Below, piece after piece: positions 31,415 to 40,724 of a stretch of 64,000 bases of DNA (position 1 is the first letter of the stretch; each line of letters starts with the position of its first letter). A program made the translations under genes and the position numbers. The notes beneath the pieces are model-generated. The model saw only the letters and a list, made by a program, of their open reading frames with translations, was not told the origin of the DNA and did not search any database. Origin of the DNA: Candidatus Latescibacterota bacterium (GTDB taxonomy: Bacteria > Latescibacterota > UBA2968 > UBA8231); the NCBI GenBank assembly GCA_965248355.1, contig OZ252098.1:448001-512000 (forward strand). Reading direction: 5' to 3'.

Positions 31415-32485
31415 CTATTGAGCCAGCACCAGGGGCAGGACTTCCTCCTCGAAAGTCCGCTGCACCTGTGCGATGGCCCGCTGCGCCTTCTCGATCTGCG
31501 CCGCGTCGCTGGCGATGGCGTCGCGGAAGGGATTGCTGATCCGGCCGATCTCGTCGATGGAGGCCCGGATCTCGCCCTTCAGTCGGCGGTCGAGGGCGTC
31601 GTTCCGCAGGGCGACGAACCCGTCGAGTCCGGGGCCCTCGCGGCCCCCGTAGTCCCCGGTATGGGCGTTCCACACGCTGCGCATGTTGTTCTGGAAGTCG
31701 TCCAGGGAGTTGAAGCTGAACTGGGACTCCACGAGCCGGGGGTCCTGCTCGCTGAAGGGGTCGGCGATCTTGCCGTTGGCCACCTCGTCGCAGATCCCGA
31801 TCATGCCGTTGACGATCTCCTGGACCGCGGACCGCTGGGAGGGGTAGACGTCGCTGCCGCCGCCGGCCTGGAGGACCTTGGCCACGAAGTTCCCGCCCGA
31901 GGGGATCCAGCTGGCGTGCAGGTCCTTTGCCGTCTGCGCCAGGAGGAGGGAGCTGGCCACGAGGTAGTCGAACTGGCGCCCGGTGAAGTCCGCGACGGTT
32001 TTGCTGCCGCCCTCGTCGAAGAGCAGGTACTCGATCGTGTGGAAGCCCTTCAGGGTCCCGTCCAGGCCGTTCACGTACTCGGTCCCGAGGTCGTTGCCGC
32101 TGGCCATGACGCCCTCGAGGTCGGTGCGGTTGACGGGCCAGCTGTCCAGGGCCGGATCGTAGCCGTTGAAGTCGACGGGGCCGAAGAGGAAGCCCTCGCT
32201 CGCCTCCCAGGGGACGCGGGCGGCGACCCAGGCCTCGCGGGCGGCGCTCAGCGTGGCGTCGCCGGGATTCTCCCGCAGGGCGGCCACGGCGTCGGCCAGG
32301 GCCCCGGCCGCGGCATCCAGGTCCCGGTAGGTGGGGATGACGACGTTGTTGCCGAAATTCTCCAGGATCGGCCCGAAGTCATAGGCCTCGCTCCCGGGGC
32401 CGGCGACGTCGTCGTCGTCGCCGCAGGCCGCCAGCCCGAGGAGAAAGGCCGTGAGAAGGGGGAGGTGGATCAAGCGACGTCCCAT
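31415..32485 (-). CDS. Imelysin-like (IrpA-type) iron-uptake lipoprotein
   Basis: Lipobox LAAC, AW..AR..WE..E, LDSWP, KGFHTIEYLLF (HxxE), EVANGKI, ES.FS.NS..DF.NN. Confidence 0.9.
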   Translation of the reverse strand: MGRRLIHLPLLTAFLLGLAACGDDDDVAGPGSEAYDFGPILENFGNNVVIPTYRDLDAAAGALADAVAALRENPGDATLSAAREAWVAARVPWEASEGFLFGPVDFNGYDPALDSWPVNRTDLEGVMASGNDLGTEYVNGLDGTLKGFHTIEYLLFDEGGSKTVADFTGRQFDYLVASSLLLAQTAKDLHASWIPSGGNFVAKVLQAGGGSDVYPSQRSAVQEIVNGMIGICDEVANGKIADPFSEQDPRLVESQFSFNSLDDFQNNMRSVWNAHTGDYGGREGPGLDGFVALRNDALDRRLKGEIRASIDEIGRISNPFRDAIASDAAQIEKAQRAIAQVQRTFEEEVLPLVLAQ

Positions 32486-32515
32486 GAGATGCTCTCCGGT
32501 TTGGGGTGTCGTCCG

Positions 32516-33766
32516 TCAGAACTGGAATCCGAGGGCCAGGCCCAGGGTGTTCTCGTCGTTGAAGCGCGCCGCCCCGAGCCGGCGCATGGCGTAGTCGGCC
32601 TTGAGGACCAGCTTGCGGGCCATGGCGTAGTTGACGCCTACCGTGTGCACCCGCCGGTCGAACCGGGGGTTGTCGAAGAACCCCTCCGGCACCTCGGCCA
32701 TGGTGTCGTAGTCGTCCAGGCGGACGAAGAGGTCGAGCCGCTCTCCGGGCCGTTCGGCCAGCCACGGCAGGATGTCGTACCCCGCCTCGAGGTAGAGGGC
32801 GCTGGCGGCGCTGGCCACGGGGCTGCGCGGCACGTCCAGATTGTTGGAGAGGGTGCGGTTGCGGGCGCTCACCGCGGCGGCGTTGCGCAGGTGGCCCCGC
32901 AGGAACAGCCCGCGGGCCCGCAGGCGGTCCCGGTCGAGGTGGGCGTGGACGTCGGCGATGGTGACCTGCGCCTCGGTTCCCTCCATGTCCGGCTTGGGGC
33001 GGTTGCCGGCGCTGTCGCCGCGGTAGAGGGAGACGCCCACCAGGGCGCCCCGGACGGGCTCGAAGTCCACTCGGCCCGCCAGCGCGAGACGGTCCGCCCG
33101 GACCTGCTCGAAACGCAGCTGGTGCCCCCCGGCGACCCACCTCTGGGAGCTGAACCCGGTGGCGTCGAGGCCGTTGATCACCTGCAGGCGCCAGCGCCAC
33201 CGCCGGACCCGGCCCGAAGCCTCGATGCCGGTCTCGTGCCAGAGGGCGGGGATCACCGCCGCCTCCGACTCCGGGCGCACGGTGCCGTAGTAGTCGAGGG
33301 GACGGTAGAGCTCGGAGAGCAGGCCCACGGCGACGTAGAAGTGACCGGCGCTGAGGTCGAGGTGCTCGCCGAAGGAGCGCTTCACGTACAGCTCTTCCAC
33401 GATCACCTCGCCGCCTTTCTCCACCTCCTGCTCGAACTCGCCGAACTCTTCGTACTCCAGCTCGAGAGCGCCTCCGGTCCCGCCGTGCTCGAACTCCACC
33501 TCGGCTTCCAGCTCGACCTGGGGCAGCAGTTCCGCCTCCAGCTTCAGGGCCAGCCGCGTGACGTCCATGAGGGCGCGGTCGTCGGGAGCCGAGCCCCCGG
33601 GCCGGCTCTTCTGGTCGGGGCCGTAGTCGAAGCGCCAGTAGTTGATCTCGCCGTAGCCGCTGAGCCGGAGGGGAGTCTCGCCGGAGGCGGATCCGCAGAC
33701 CGGCAGGAGGCAGAGGAGAGCGGAGGCGGTGAACCCGGTTAGTGGTGCTATCCATCTGAAGTGCAT
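32516..33766 (-). CDS. Outer-membrane porin of the imelysin/DHOR iron-uptake cluster
   Basis: Signal peptide, SGYGEI, EVEFEHGG...EKGGEV.VEE, WHETG, C-terminal LGFQF beta-signal. Start at 33766 or 33775. Confidence 0.8.
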   Translation of the reverse strand: MHFRWIAPLTGFTASALLCLLPVCGSASGETPLRLSGYGEINYWRFDYGPDQKSRPGGSAPDDRALMDVTRLALKLEAELLPQVELEAEVEFEHGGTGGALELEYEEFGEFEQEVEKGGEVIVEELYVKRSFGEHLDLSAGHFYVAVGLLSELYRPLDYYGTVRPESEAAVIPALWHETGIEASGRVRRWRWRLQVINGLDATGFSSQRWVAGGHQLRFEQVRADRLALAGRVDFEPVRGALVGVSLYRGDSAGNRPKPDMEGTEAQVTIADVHAHLDRDRLRARGLFLRGHLRNAAAVSARNRTLSNNLDVPRSPVASAASALYLEAGYDILPWLAERPGERLDLFVRLDDYDTMAEVPEGFFDNPRFDRRVHTVGVNYAMARKLVLKADYAMRRLGAARFNDENTLGLALGFQF

Positions 33767-33845
33767 GCAAAACATATGATTCCAAAGCCAACCGAAGGAA
33801 TGGCTATCCCTTCAAAAGTTTGGCATACCCAACATCAGGATAGCA

Positions 33846-33873
33846 AACTTAACGCAATGGATGGGAGTGTCAA
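33846..33873 (-). promoter_or_regulatory. Sigma-70-type promoter for the porin-imelysin-DHOR operon
   Basis: Minus strand TTGACA-16 nt-TAAGTT inside an AT-rich island. Confidence 0.55.
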
Positions 33874-34046
33874 GCGTTCTTGCGCCCGTGCGTGGCGTCG
33901 GATGGTGGCCGCGGCACTGGCGCCCCCGGACTCGAGTGTCGACTTTTCCGCGCTGTCCGGGCCCGTGGGGCCCGGGCCCGCCACAGCCGCGGCTGACCCC
34001 GGCGGAGGCGGCATTCGGCGACCACCAGCGACAACAGGGAAGAGAG

Positions 34047-35036
34047 ATGACGGAGCGGGAGGAGCACACCGCCGCCGAGCGCTGGATCTCGTACCGGGAG
34101 GAGATCAAGGTCCTGGACGCGACGATCCGCGACGGCGGGCTGATGAACGACCACAAGTTCGACGACGACGTGGTACGGGGCGTGTACCAGGGCTGCGTGG
34201 CGGCCGGCATCGACTATATGGAGATCGGTTACATCAACTCACGCAAGCAGTTCCCGGTCAATGAGTTCGGCCCCTGGAAGCACTGCCTCGAGGAGGACGT
34301 GCGGCGCATTGTCGGCGGCAACGAGACGGGGCTCAAGCTGTCGGCCATGGCCGACGCCGAGAAGAGCGACTACGAGGAGGACGTGCTGCCCAGGGAGCAG
34401 AGCGTCCTCGACATGATCCGGGTGGCCACCTACATCCACCAGATCCCCCTGGCCCTGCGCATGATCCAGGACGCCCACGACAAGGGCTACGAGACGACGG
34501 TGAACCTCATGGCCGTCTCCACCGTGCAGGAGCGCGAGCTCGACGAGGCGATCGAACTCTTCGCGGCCTCCCCCGTGGGCGTGATCTACGTGGTGGACAG
34601 CTTCGGGTTCCTGTACTCCGAGCAGGTGGAGGCGCTGGTGGACAAGTTCCTGGCCGTGACCCGGGGCACCGGCAAGGAGGTGGGCATCCACTGCCACAAC
34701 AACCGCCAGCTGGCCTTCGCCAACACCATCCAGGCCATCGTCAGGGGCGCCAATTACCTGGACGCCAGCGTCGCCGGTCTCGGGAGGGGCGCGGGCAACT
34801 GCCAGCTGGAGCTGCTCCTCAGCTTCCTGCACAACCCGAAGTATCACCTGCGCCCGGTCCTGGAATGCATCCAGAACCACATCGAGCCGCTGCGCCAGGA
34901 GCTGATGTGGGGCTACGACTATCCGTACATGGTCACGGGGATCCTCAACGAGCACCCGCGCTCGGGGATGGCCTTCAACGCCGAGAACCGCGGCGACATC
35001 GTCGACTTCTACGACGAGATGGTTTCGCAGGAGTAG
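34047..35036 (+). CDS. DRE-TIM metallolyase (HMGL-like, 4-hydroxy-2-oxovalerate aldolase-like)
   Basis: LDATIRDGG, YVVDSFG, GIHCHNN.QLAFAN, GLGRGAGN. Confidence 0.88.
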   Translation: MTEREEHTAAERWISYREEIKVLDATIRDGGLMNDHKFDDDVVRGVYQGCVAAGIDYMEIGYINSRKQFPVNEFGPWKHCLEEDVRRIVGGNETGLKLSAMADAEKSDYEEDVLPREQSVLDMIRVATYIHQIPLALRMIQDAHDKGYETTVNLMAVSTVQERELDEAIELFAASPVGVIYVVDSFGFLYSEQVEALVDKFLAVTRGTGKEVGIHCHNNRQLAFANTIQAIVRGANYLDASVAGLGRGAGNCQLELLLSFLHNPKYHLRPVLECIQNHIEPLRQELMWGYDYPYMVTGILNEHPRSGMAFNAENRGDIVDFYDEMVSQE

Positions 35037-35051
35037 AGAGGAGCCAGCCAC

Positions 35052-36485
35052 TTGCCGCAGCCCAACGTCCTGCTCATCTGTGTCGACCACTGGCCCGGCC
35101 CGCTGCTGGGCGCCGCGGGCCACGCGGGCGTCCTCACGCCGACCCTCGACCAGCTGGCCGCCAACGGCACCCTCTTCACCCAGGCCTACACGGCCACGCC
35201 GACCTGCATCCCGGCCCGGCGGGCCCTGATGACGGGGACCACGGCCCGGACTCACGGGGACCGCGTCTTCGACGAGCACCGGCCCATGGACCCGGACCTG
35301 CCCACCCTGCCGCAGGTGTTCCGCGACAACGGCTACCAGGCCTACGCCGTGGGCAAGCTGCACGTCTATCCGCAACGGGACCGCATCGGCTTCGACGAGG
35401 TCATCCTGTGTGAGGAGGGGCGCCACCACCTGGGCGGCGACGACGACGACTACGAGCGCTTCCTGCGCCACGAGGGGTACCCGGGACAGGAACTCACCCA
35501 CGCCATGGGCAACAACGTCTACACCACCCGGCCCTGGCACCTGCCCGAGCCCTGCCACCCGACGAACTGGACGGTGCGGGAGATGAGCCGCGGCATCCAG
35601 CGCCGCGATCCCACGCGCCCGGCCTTCTGGTACTGCTCCTTCATCACCCCCCATCCGCCGGTGGTTCCGCCCCAGCCGTACTACGACCTCTACGAGCGTC
35701 TGGGCGTCGAGGACCCCGTCGTGGCGGAGTGGGCGGCGGAGCCGGACCGGCTGCCCTGCGCCCTGCGCCTGCACCGGGAGAAGGTGCCGTCCATGAGCGA
35801 GGCGGAGATCCGCCTGGCGAGGCAGGCCTTCTACGGGCAGTGCACCTACATCGACCACCAGCTCCGGCTGCTCATCGGCTGCCTGCGCGAGGAGGGGATC
35901 CTCGACGACACGATCGTCATGTTCACCTCCGACCACGGGGACATGCTCGGCCACCACGGCCTGTGGGCGAAGCCGCCCATGTTCGAGTGGTCGGCGAAGA
36001 TCCCCATGATCCTCATGCCGGCGGCGGGCGGCGAGGACAGCGGCCACCATCGGCGGGACGATCGGCTTTCCGAGCTCCGGGACGTGATGCCCACCCTCCT
36101 CGACCTGTGCGGCCTGCCCGTCCCCGAGACGGTGGAGGGCCTGTCCCTGGTCTCCGACCGGCGCCGGGAGCATCTCTACTGCGAGCACTTCGAGGACGAG
36201 AAGTCGATGCGCATGGTCCGTGCGGGCTCCCACAAGCTGATCTGGTACCCCGTGGGCAACCGGCTCCAGCTGTTCGACGTCGACCGCGATCCGATGGAGA
36301 TGCGCGACCTGGCCGGCGACCCCGCCCACGCCGGGGTGCGCGAGGACCTCACCCGGCGGCTGCTGGGCGAGCTCTACGGCTCGGACGAGCGCTGGGTCCG
36401 CGACGGCCGCCTCGCCGGCGAACCCGACCGGGAGGTGCCGCCCCGGGTGAACCGGGGCATGTCCGGCCAGCGCGGCTGGCGATAG
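35052..36485 (+). CDS. Cys-type sulfatase
   Basis: PNVLLICVD, TPTLDQLA, CIPARRALMTG (CxPxR), GKLH, FTSDHGDMLG. TTG start after an RBS. Confidence 0.92.
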   Translation: MPQPNVLLICVDHWPGPLLGAAGHAGVLTPTLDQLAANGTLFTQAYTATPTCIPARRALMTGTTARTHGDRVFDEHRPMDPDLPTLPQVFRDNGYQAYAVGKLHVYPQRDRIGFDEVILCEEGRHHLGGDDDDYERFLRHEGYPGQELTHAMGNNVYTTRPWHLPEPCHPTNWTVREMSRGIQRRDPTRPAFWYCSFITPHPPVVPPQPYYDLYERLGVEDPVVAEWAAEPDRLPCALRLHREKVPSMSEAEIRLARQAFYGQCTYIDHQLRLLIGCLREEGILDDTIVMFTSDHGDMLGHHGLWAKPPMFEWSAKIPMILMPAAGGEDSGHHRRDDRLSELRDVMPTLLDLCGLPVPETVEGLSLVSDRRREHLYCEHFEDEKSMRMVRAGSHKLIWYPVGNRLQLFDVDRDPMEMRDLAGDPAHAGVREDLTRRLLGELYGSDERWVRDGRLAGEPDREVPPRVNRGMSGQRGWR

Positions 36486-36486
36486 C

Positions 36487-37974
36487 GTGTCCCGCTCCGC
36501 CGCGGCCGCCCGTCTCGCCGTCGCGCTGGCCGCCCTGCTCGCGGCGCCTCTGGGCGCCGGGGAGCGAGCCCTGGAGCTGGGTCCCTGCGCCGATGACGTC
36601 AACGTGGCCGGCGCCGAGTGCGGCCGCCTCGAGGTCTTCGAGGACCGGGAGGCCGGCCGGGGACGCAGGATCGAGCTCAAGGTGGTCGTGCTGCCGGCCC
36701 TCGGCCGGGGCCCGGCGCCGGATCCCCTGTTCCTCCTCGCCGGCGGTCCGGGGATGCCGGCCAGCGTCCTGGCGGGCCTGGCGGAGTCGGCCCTGCGCCG
36801 GGTGCGGGACCGCCGGGAGATCGTCCTCGTCGACCAGCGCGGCACCGGCGACCTGAGCCCGCTGCGCTGCGACGACATCGACGCCGACTCCACCTACTTC
36901 AGCTTCGACCCGAACCTCCCGGTGGAGTTGCTGCGCGGCTGCCTGGAGCGCTTCGAGGCCGACCCGCGGCAGTACACGACGCCGGCGGCCATGGACGATC
37001 TCGACGACGTGCGCCGGGCCCTGGGCTACGAGCGGATCAACCTGTGGGGAGGGTCCTACGGGAGCCGCGCGGCCCTGGTCTACCTGCGCCGCCACCCGGA
37101 GCGCGTGCGCGCCGTCGTCCTCGACGGCGTGGCCCCGCCGGGGATGCGCATGCCCGTCCACATCGGGGAGGACGCCCGGCGCTCGGTGGAGCTCATGCTC
37201 GCCGACTGCGAGGCGGATCCGGACTGCGCCGCCGCCTTCCCCGAGGTGCGGAGCAGATTCCAGCAGCTGCTGCACCGGCTGGAGGAGGCCCCGGAGACGG
37301 TCGAGGTGCCCCATCCCCGGACCGGCGGGGTCGTCGAGCTCGAGCTGCGGCGCCGGCATGTCCTGTTCCTGTTGCGCTCGGCCCTGTACGACGCGGAGAC
37401 CTCGCGTCTGCTGCCCCTGGTCATCGAGCGCGCCCACGGCGGCGACTACGGGCCCCTGCTGGCCCTCTCCGATCCCTTCGTGGAAGGCGTGAGCGAGATG
37501 AACGTGCCCCTCCTGTTCTCGGTCCTGTGCGCCGAGGATCTGGCCTGGGTGACCGAGGAGGACCGAAGCCGGATGGCCGCCGAGCCCTTCCTGGGCTCGG
37601 CGGTCCTCGACCTGTGGGGCCCGGTGTGCGACTTCTGGCCCAAGGGGAGCCTGCCGCCGGGCTATCACGACCCCGTGGTCTCCGACAAGCCGGTGCTGGT
37701 CCTCTCCGGAGAGCTCGACCCGGTGACCCCGCCGCGCTGGGGCGAGTCGGTGGCCGGGCATCTGTCGAACTCCCTCCACGTGGTCGTGCCGGGGGCCGCT
37801 CACGGCGCCTCGATCTACGGCTGCGTGCCCAGGCTGATCGCCGGGTTCCTCGAGGACGCCGGCTTCGAGGGCCTCGACGCCGCCTGTGTCGAGGATCTTC
37901 GCCGGCCCATGTACTTCCGCTCCTTCACCGGTCCGCGGGTCGGGGCGGCGGCCGCCAGGGGAGGCGCGCCCTGA
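36487..37974 (+). CDS. Secreted alpha/beta hydrolase (TAP-like peptidase S33)
   Basis: Signal peptide, LAGGPG, VDQRGTG, GGSYG nucleophile, LDPVTPP, GAAHG. Confidence 0.9.
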   Translation: MSRSAAAARLAVALAALLAAPLGAGERALELGPCADDVNVAGAECGRLEVFEDREAGRGRRIELKVVVLPALGRGPAPDPLFLLAGGPGMPASVLAGLAESALRRVRDRREIVLVDQRGTGDLSPLRCDDIDADSTYFSFDPNLPVELLRGCLERFEADPRQYTTPAAMDDLDDVRRALGYERINLWGGSYGSRAALVYLRRHPERVRAVVLDGVAPPGMRMPVHIGEDARRSVELMLADCEADPDCAAAFPEVRSRFQQLLHRLEEAPETVEVPHPRTGGVVELELRRRHVLFLLRSALYDAETSRLLPLVIERAHGGDYGPLLALSDPFVEGVSEMNVPLLFSVLCAEDLAWVTEEDRSRMAAEPFLGSAVLDLWGPVCDFWPKGSLPPGYHDPVVSDKPVLVLSGELDPVTPPRWGESVAGHLSNSLHVVVPGAAHGASIYGCVPRLIAGFLEDAGFEGLDAACVEDLRRPMYFRSFTGPRVGAAAARGGAP

Positions 37975-38702
37975 TCTCCGTCGAGGGACTGGCCAAGCGC
38001 TTCGGCGGGCTGACCGCGGTGGACGGCGTCTCCTTCGAGGCGCGGGACGGCGAGGTGACCGGGCTCCTGGGGCCGAACGGCGCCGGCAAGACCACGACCC
38101 TGCGCATGCTCTACGGCCTGATGAGGCCCGACGCCGGGCGCATCGCCGTGGACGGCCTCGACGCGGCCGCCGATCCCCGCGGCGTCCGGGCGCGCATGGG
38201 GATCCTGCCCGACGCCAACGGCCTCTATCAGCGGCTCACCGCGCGCGAGCACCTGCGCTACATCGGACAGCTTCAGGGCCTGGGCGGCGCTGCTCTCGAA
38301 GATCGCATCGACGAGCTCGTGGAGCTGCTCGACATGGGCGGCATCGCCGGCCGGAAGGCCCACGGATTCTCCCATGGAGAGCGGGCCAAGGTCTGTCTCG
38401 GACGCGCCCTGATCCACGATCCGCGCACGGTGCTGATGGACGAGCCCACGAACGGGCTCGACGTGGGCAGCACGCGGGCGGTGCGCGGCCTGATCCGCGG
38501 CATGCGGGACGAGGGCCGCTGCGTGCTGTTCTCCAGCCACATCATGCAGGAAGTGGCGGCCCTCTGCGACCGCATCGTGATCCTGGCCGAGGGCCGCGTG
38601 GCCGCGGAGGGGACGCCGGACGAGCTGCGGGCCCGGACCGGCCACGACAGCCTGGAGGACGCCTTCGTCGCCCTGAGCGGTCTCGACGAGGTCGAGAGAT
38701 GA
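37971..38702 (+). CDS. ABC transporter ATP-binding protein (NatA-like), probable CTG start
   Basis: GGAGG-6 nt-CTG ATC TCC GTC (xISVEGLAKRF) overlaps the upstream TGA. GPNGAGKTT, FSHGE, MDEPTNGLD, SSH. Confidence 0.9.
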   Translation: MISVEGLAKRFGGLTAVDGVSFEARDGEVTGLLGPNGAGKTTTLRMLYGLMRPDAGRIAVDGLDAAADPRGVRARMGILPDANGLYQRLTAREHLRYIGQLQGLGGAALEDRIDELVELLDMGGIAGRKAHGFSHGERAKVCLGRALIHDPRTVLMDEPTNGLDVGSTRAVRGLIRGMRDEGRCVLFSSHIMQEVAALCDRIVILAEGRVAAEGTPDELRARTGHDSLEDAFVALSGLDEVER

Positions 38703-39865
38703 GACTGCTGCGCGCGGTCCTGCGCAAGGAGCTGGTCGACGGGATCCGCGACCGGCGCTCCCTGGTCGCCGCCCTCGTCTTCCCCATGACCGTTCCCTTC
38801 CTCCTGCCCCTCGTCTTCCACACGATGATGGAGCGCAACCGCGAGGCCCTGGAGATCGAGATCCCCGTGGTCGGCGCCGAGCGCGCGCCCGACCTGGTCG
38901 ACTGGTTCGGGCGCCGGGGATACGCCGTGGTCGACGGGCCGCAAGATCCGCAGCAGGCGGTGAGGGAGAAGGACCTCGACTTCGTGGTCGTCGTGCCCGA
39001 AGGCTTCGCGGACGACTTCGCCCAGGGGCGCAGCGCCGCCGTCGAGCTCGTCCACGACGGCTCCCGCAAGGAGTCCGCCCAGGCCGTGGGCCGGGTGCGC
39101 GGCCTGGTGCGCGGTTACAGCCGGCTGGTGGGCAACCTGCGCCTCATTGCGAGGGGCATCAGCCCTCAGCTGGGGAACGCCGTGACCATCGACGACGTGG
39201 ACGTGGCCAGCGCCCGCCAGCGGGCGGCGAGCTGGTTCACCTTCATCCCCATGCTCGTCATTCTCGCCGCCTTCATGGGCGGCATGAACGTGGCCATCGA
39301 CGCCACCGCCGGAGAGCGCGAGCGCCAGTCCCTGGAGTCGCTGCTCGTCAACCCGGTGCCGCGCCGCACGCTGGTCCTGGGCAAGTGGCTGGCGGCGGCC
39401 GTCTTCTCCGGCGCCGGGATCGGCCTGACCCTGGCGAGCCTGCTCGTGGCGCTGAGCCGGGTGCCCCTGGAGCAGTTCGGCGTCGAGCTGCACATCGGAG
39501 GCCGAGAGGCCGCCTGGCTTCTGGTGGCGACGCTGCCCCTGGCGCTGTTTGCCTGCGGCCTGCAGATGACCCTGTCCACCTTCGCCCGCTCCTACAAGGA
39601 AGCCCAGACCTTCATGTCGCTGCTCATGCTGCTCCCCATCGTCCCCCATTTCATCGCCTCCCTGTGGAGCCTCGGCGACGCCTGGTGGATGCTGGCCGTT
39701 CCGGCCCTGGGCCAGTACGTGCTGCTCACCGACGTGCTCGGCGGCGAGGCGATCCAGGCGGAGGCCTGCCTGGCCGTGGTCCTGTCGTCGGCCCTGCTCG
39801 GCCTGGTCTGCGTGGAGATCACGGCGCGGCTCTTCGAGAAGGAGCGCATCGTCTTCGGGCGCTGA
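38699..39865 (+). CDS. ABC-2 type permease (NatB-like)
   Basis: RKELVDGIRDRRS, DATAGERERQSLESLLVNP, LGKWL, ARSYKEAQ. ATGA overlap. Confidence 0.9.
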   Translation: MRLLRAVLRKELVDGIRDRRSLVAALVFPMTVPFLLPLVFHTMMERNREALEIEIPVVGAERAPDLVDWFGRRGYAVVDGPQDPQQAVREKDLDFVVVVPEGFADDFAQGRSAAVELVHDGSRKESAQAVGRVRGLVRGYSRLVGNLRLIARGISPQLGNAVTIDDVDVASARQRAASWFTFIPMLVILAAFMGGMNVAIDATAGERERQSLESLLVNPVPRRTLVLGKWLAAAVFSGAGIGLTLASLLVALSRVPLEQFGVELHIGGREAAWLLVATLPLALFACGLQMTLSTFARSYKEAQTFMSLLMLLPIVPHFIASLWSLGDAWWMLAVPALGQYVLLTDVLGGEAIQAEACLAVVLSSALLGLVCVEITARLFEKERIVFGR

Positions 39866-39878
39866 AGCCGCGCGTCCA

Positions 39879-40724
39879 GTGCGTCGATCGATGCCGGGGG
39901 TCCGGACCGTCATGTTCAGCCTGCTCGCGGCCCTCGGCCTGTACGGCGGCTATCTCGCCCTGCTCTACGCCGTGCAGTCCTCCCTCCTGTACCCGGGCCG
40001 CCACCTGCGGGGACGTCCGGGGCCCCAGCCCTTTCACCACGGCCGAGAGGTCGTGTGGCTCGAGACCAGCTTCGGCCGCGTCGAGGCGTGGTACCTGCCG
40101 CCGACCCTTGGGACCGCCCCGGGCGGACAGGCCCCGGCGGTGATCCTGGCCCACGGCAACAACGAGCTGATCGACACCATGCCCGAAGGGTTCCTGGCCT
40201 TCCGCGAGCGCGGCTTCGGCCTGTTCCTGGTGGAGTACCCGGGATACGGGTCCTCCGACGGGTCGCCGTCGGTGGAGAGCGTGACCGAGACCTTCACCGC
40301 GGCCTGGGACTCCCTGGTCTCCCGGCCCGACGTGGACGGCCGGCGCGTCCTCGCCCTGGGCCGCTCCCTCGGCGGCGCCGCGGTCTGCGCCCTGTCCGCC
40401 CGGAGGCCCCTGGCGGCCCTCGTCCTCGTGGCCGCCTTCGCCGACCTGCCGTCCATGGCGCGCCGCTACCTGGCGCCGGCCTTCCTCGTGCGCGACCGCT
40501 ACGACAACGCCGGGGCCCTGCGCTCCTTCCCCGGCCCCGTGCTGGTCGTGCACGGCACGCGGGACGGCCTCATCTCCCACGCCCACGGCGAGCGCCTGGC
40601 GCAGGCGGCGCCCCGGGGACGTCTGATCAGCTACGACGCCGACCACAACGACTGCCCACCCGACTTCGAGCGCTTCTGGCGCGACGTGGACGGGTTCCTG
40701 GAGCAGGCCGGTCTCAGGCCCTGA
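39879..40724 (+). CDS. Membrane-anchored alpha/beta hydrolase
   Basis: N-terminal TM, AHGNNE, EYPGYG.S.G.PS, GRSLGG, VHGTRD, HND. The start is uncertain (39879-39912). Confidence 0.85.
   Translation: MRRSMPGVRTVMFSLLAALGLYGGYLALLYAVQSSLLYPGRHLRGRPGPQPFHHGREVVWLETSFGRVEAWYLPPTLGTAPGGQAPAVILAHGNNELIDTMPEGFLAFRERGFGLFLVEYPGYGSSDGSPSVESVTETFTAAWDSLVSRPDVDGRRVLALGRSLGGAAVCALSARRPLAALVLVAAFADLPSMARRYLAPAFLVRDRYDNAGALRSFPGPVLVVHGTRDGLISHAHGERLAQAAPRGRLISYDADHNDCPPDFERFWRDVDGFLEQAGLRP

Noticed and set aside
31400-31420. TAG readthrough fusing imelysin to the in-frame DHOR gene
   Set aside because: The downstream gene has its own RBS and lipoprotein signal peptide. In-frame adjacency occurs by chance one time in three.
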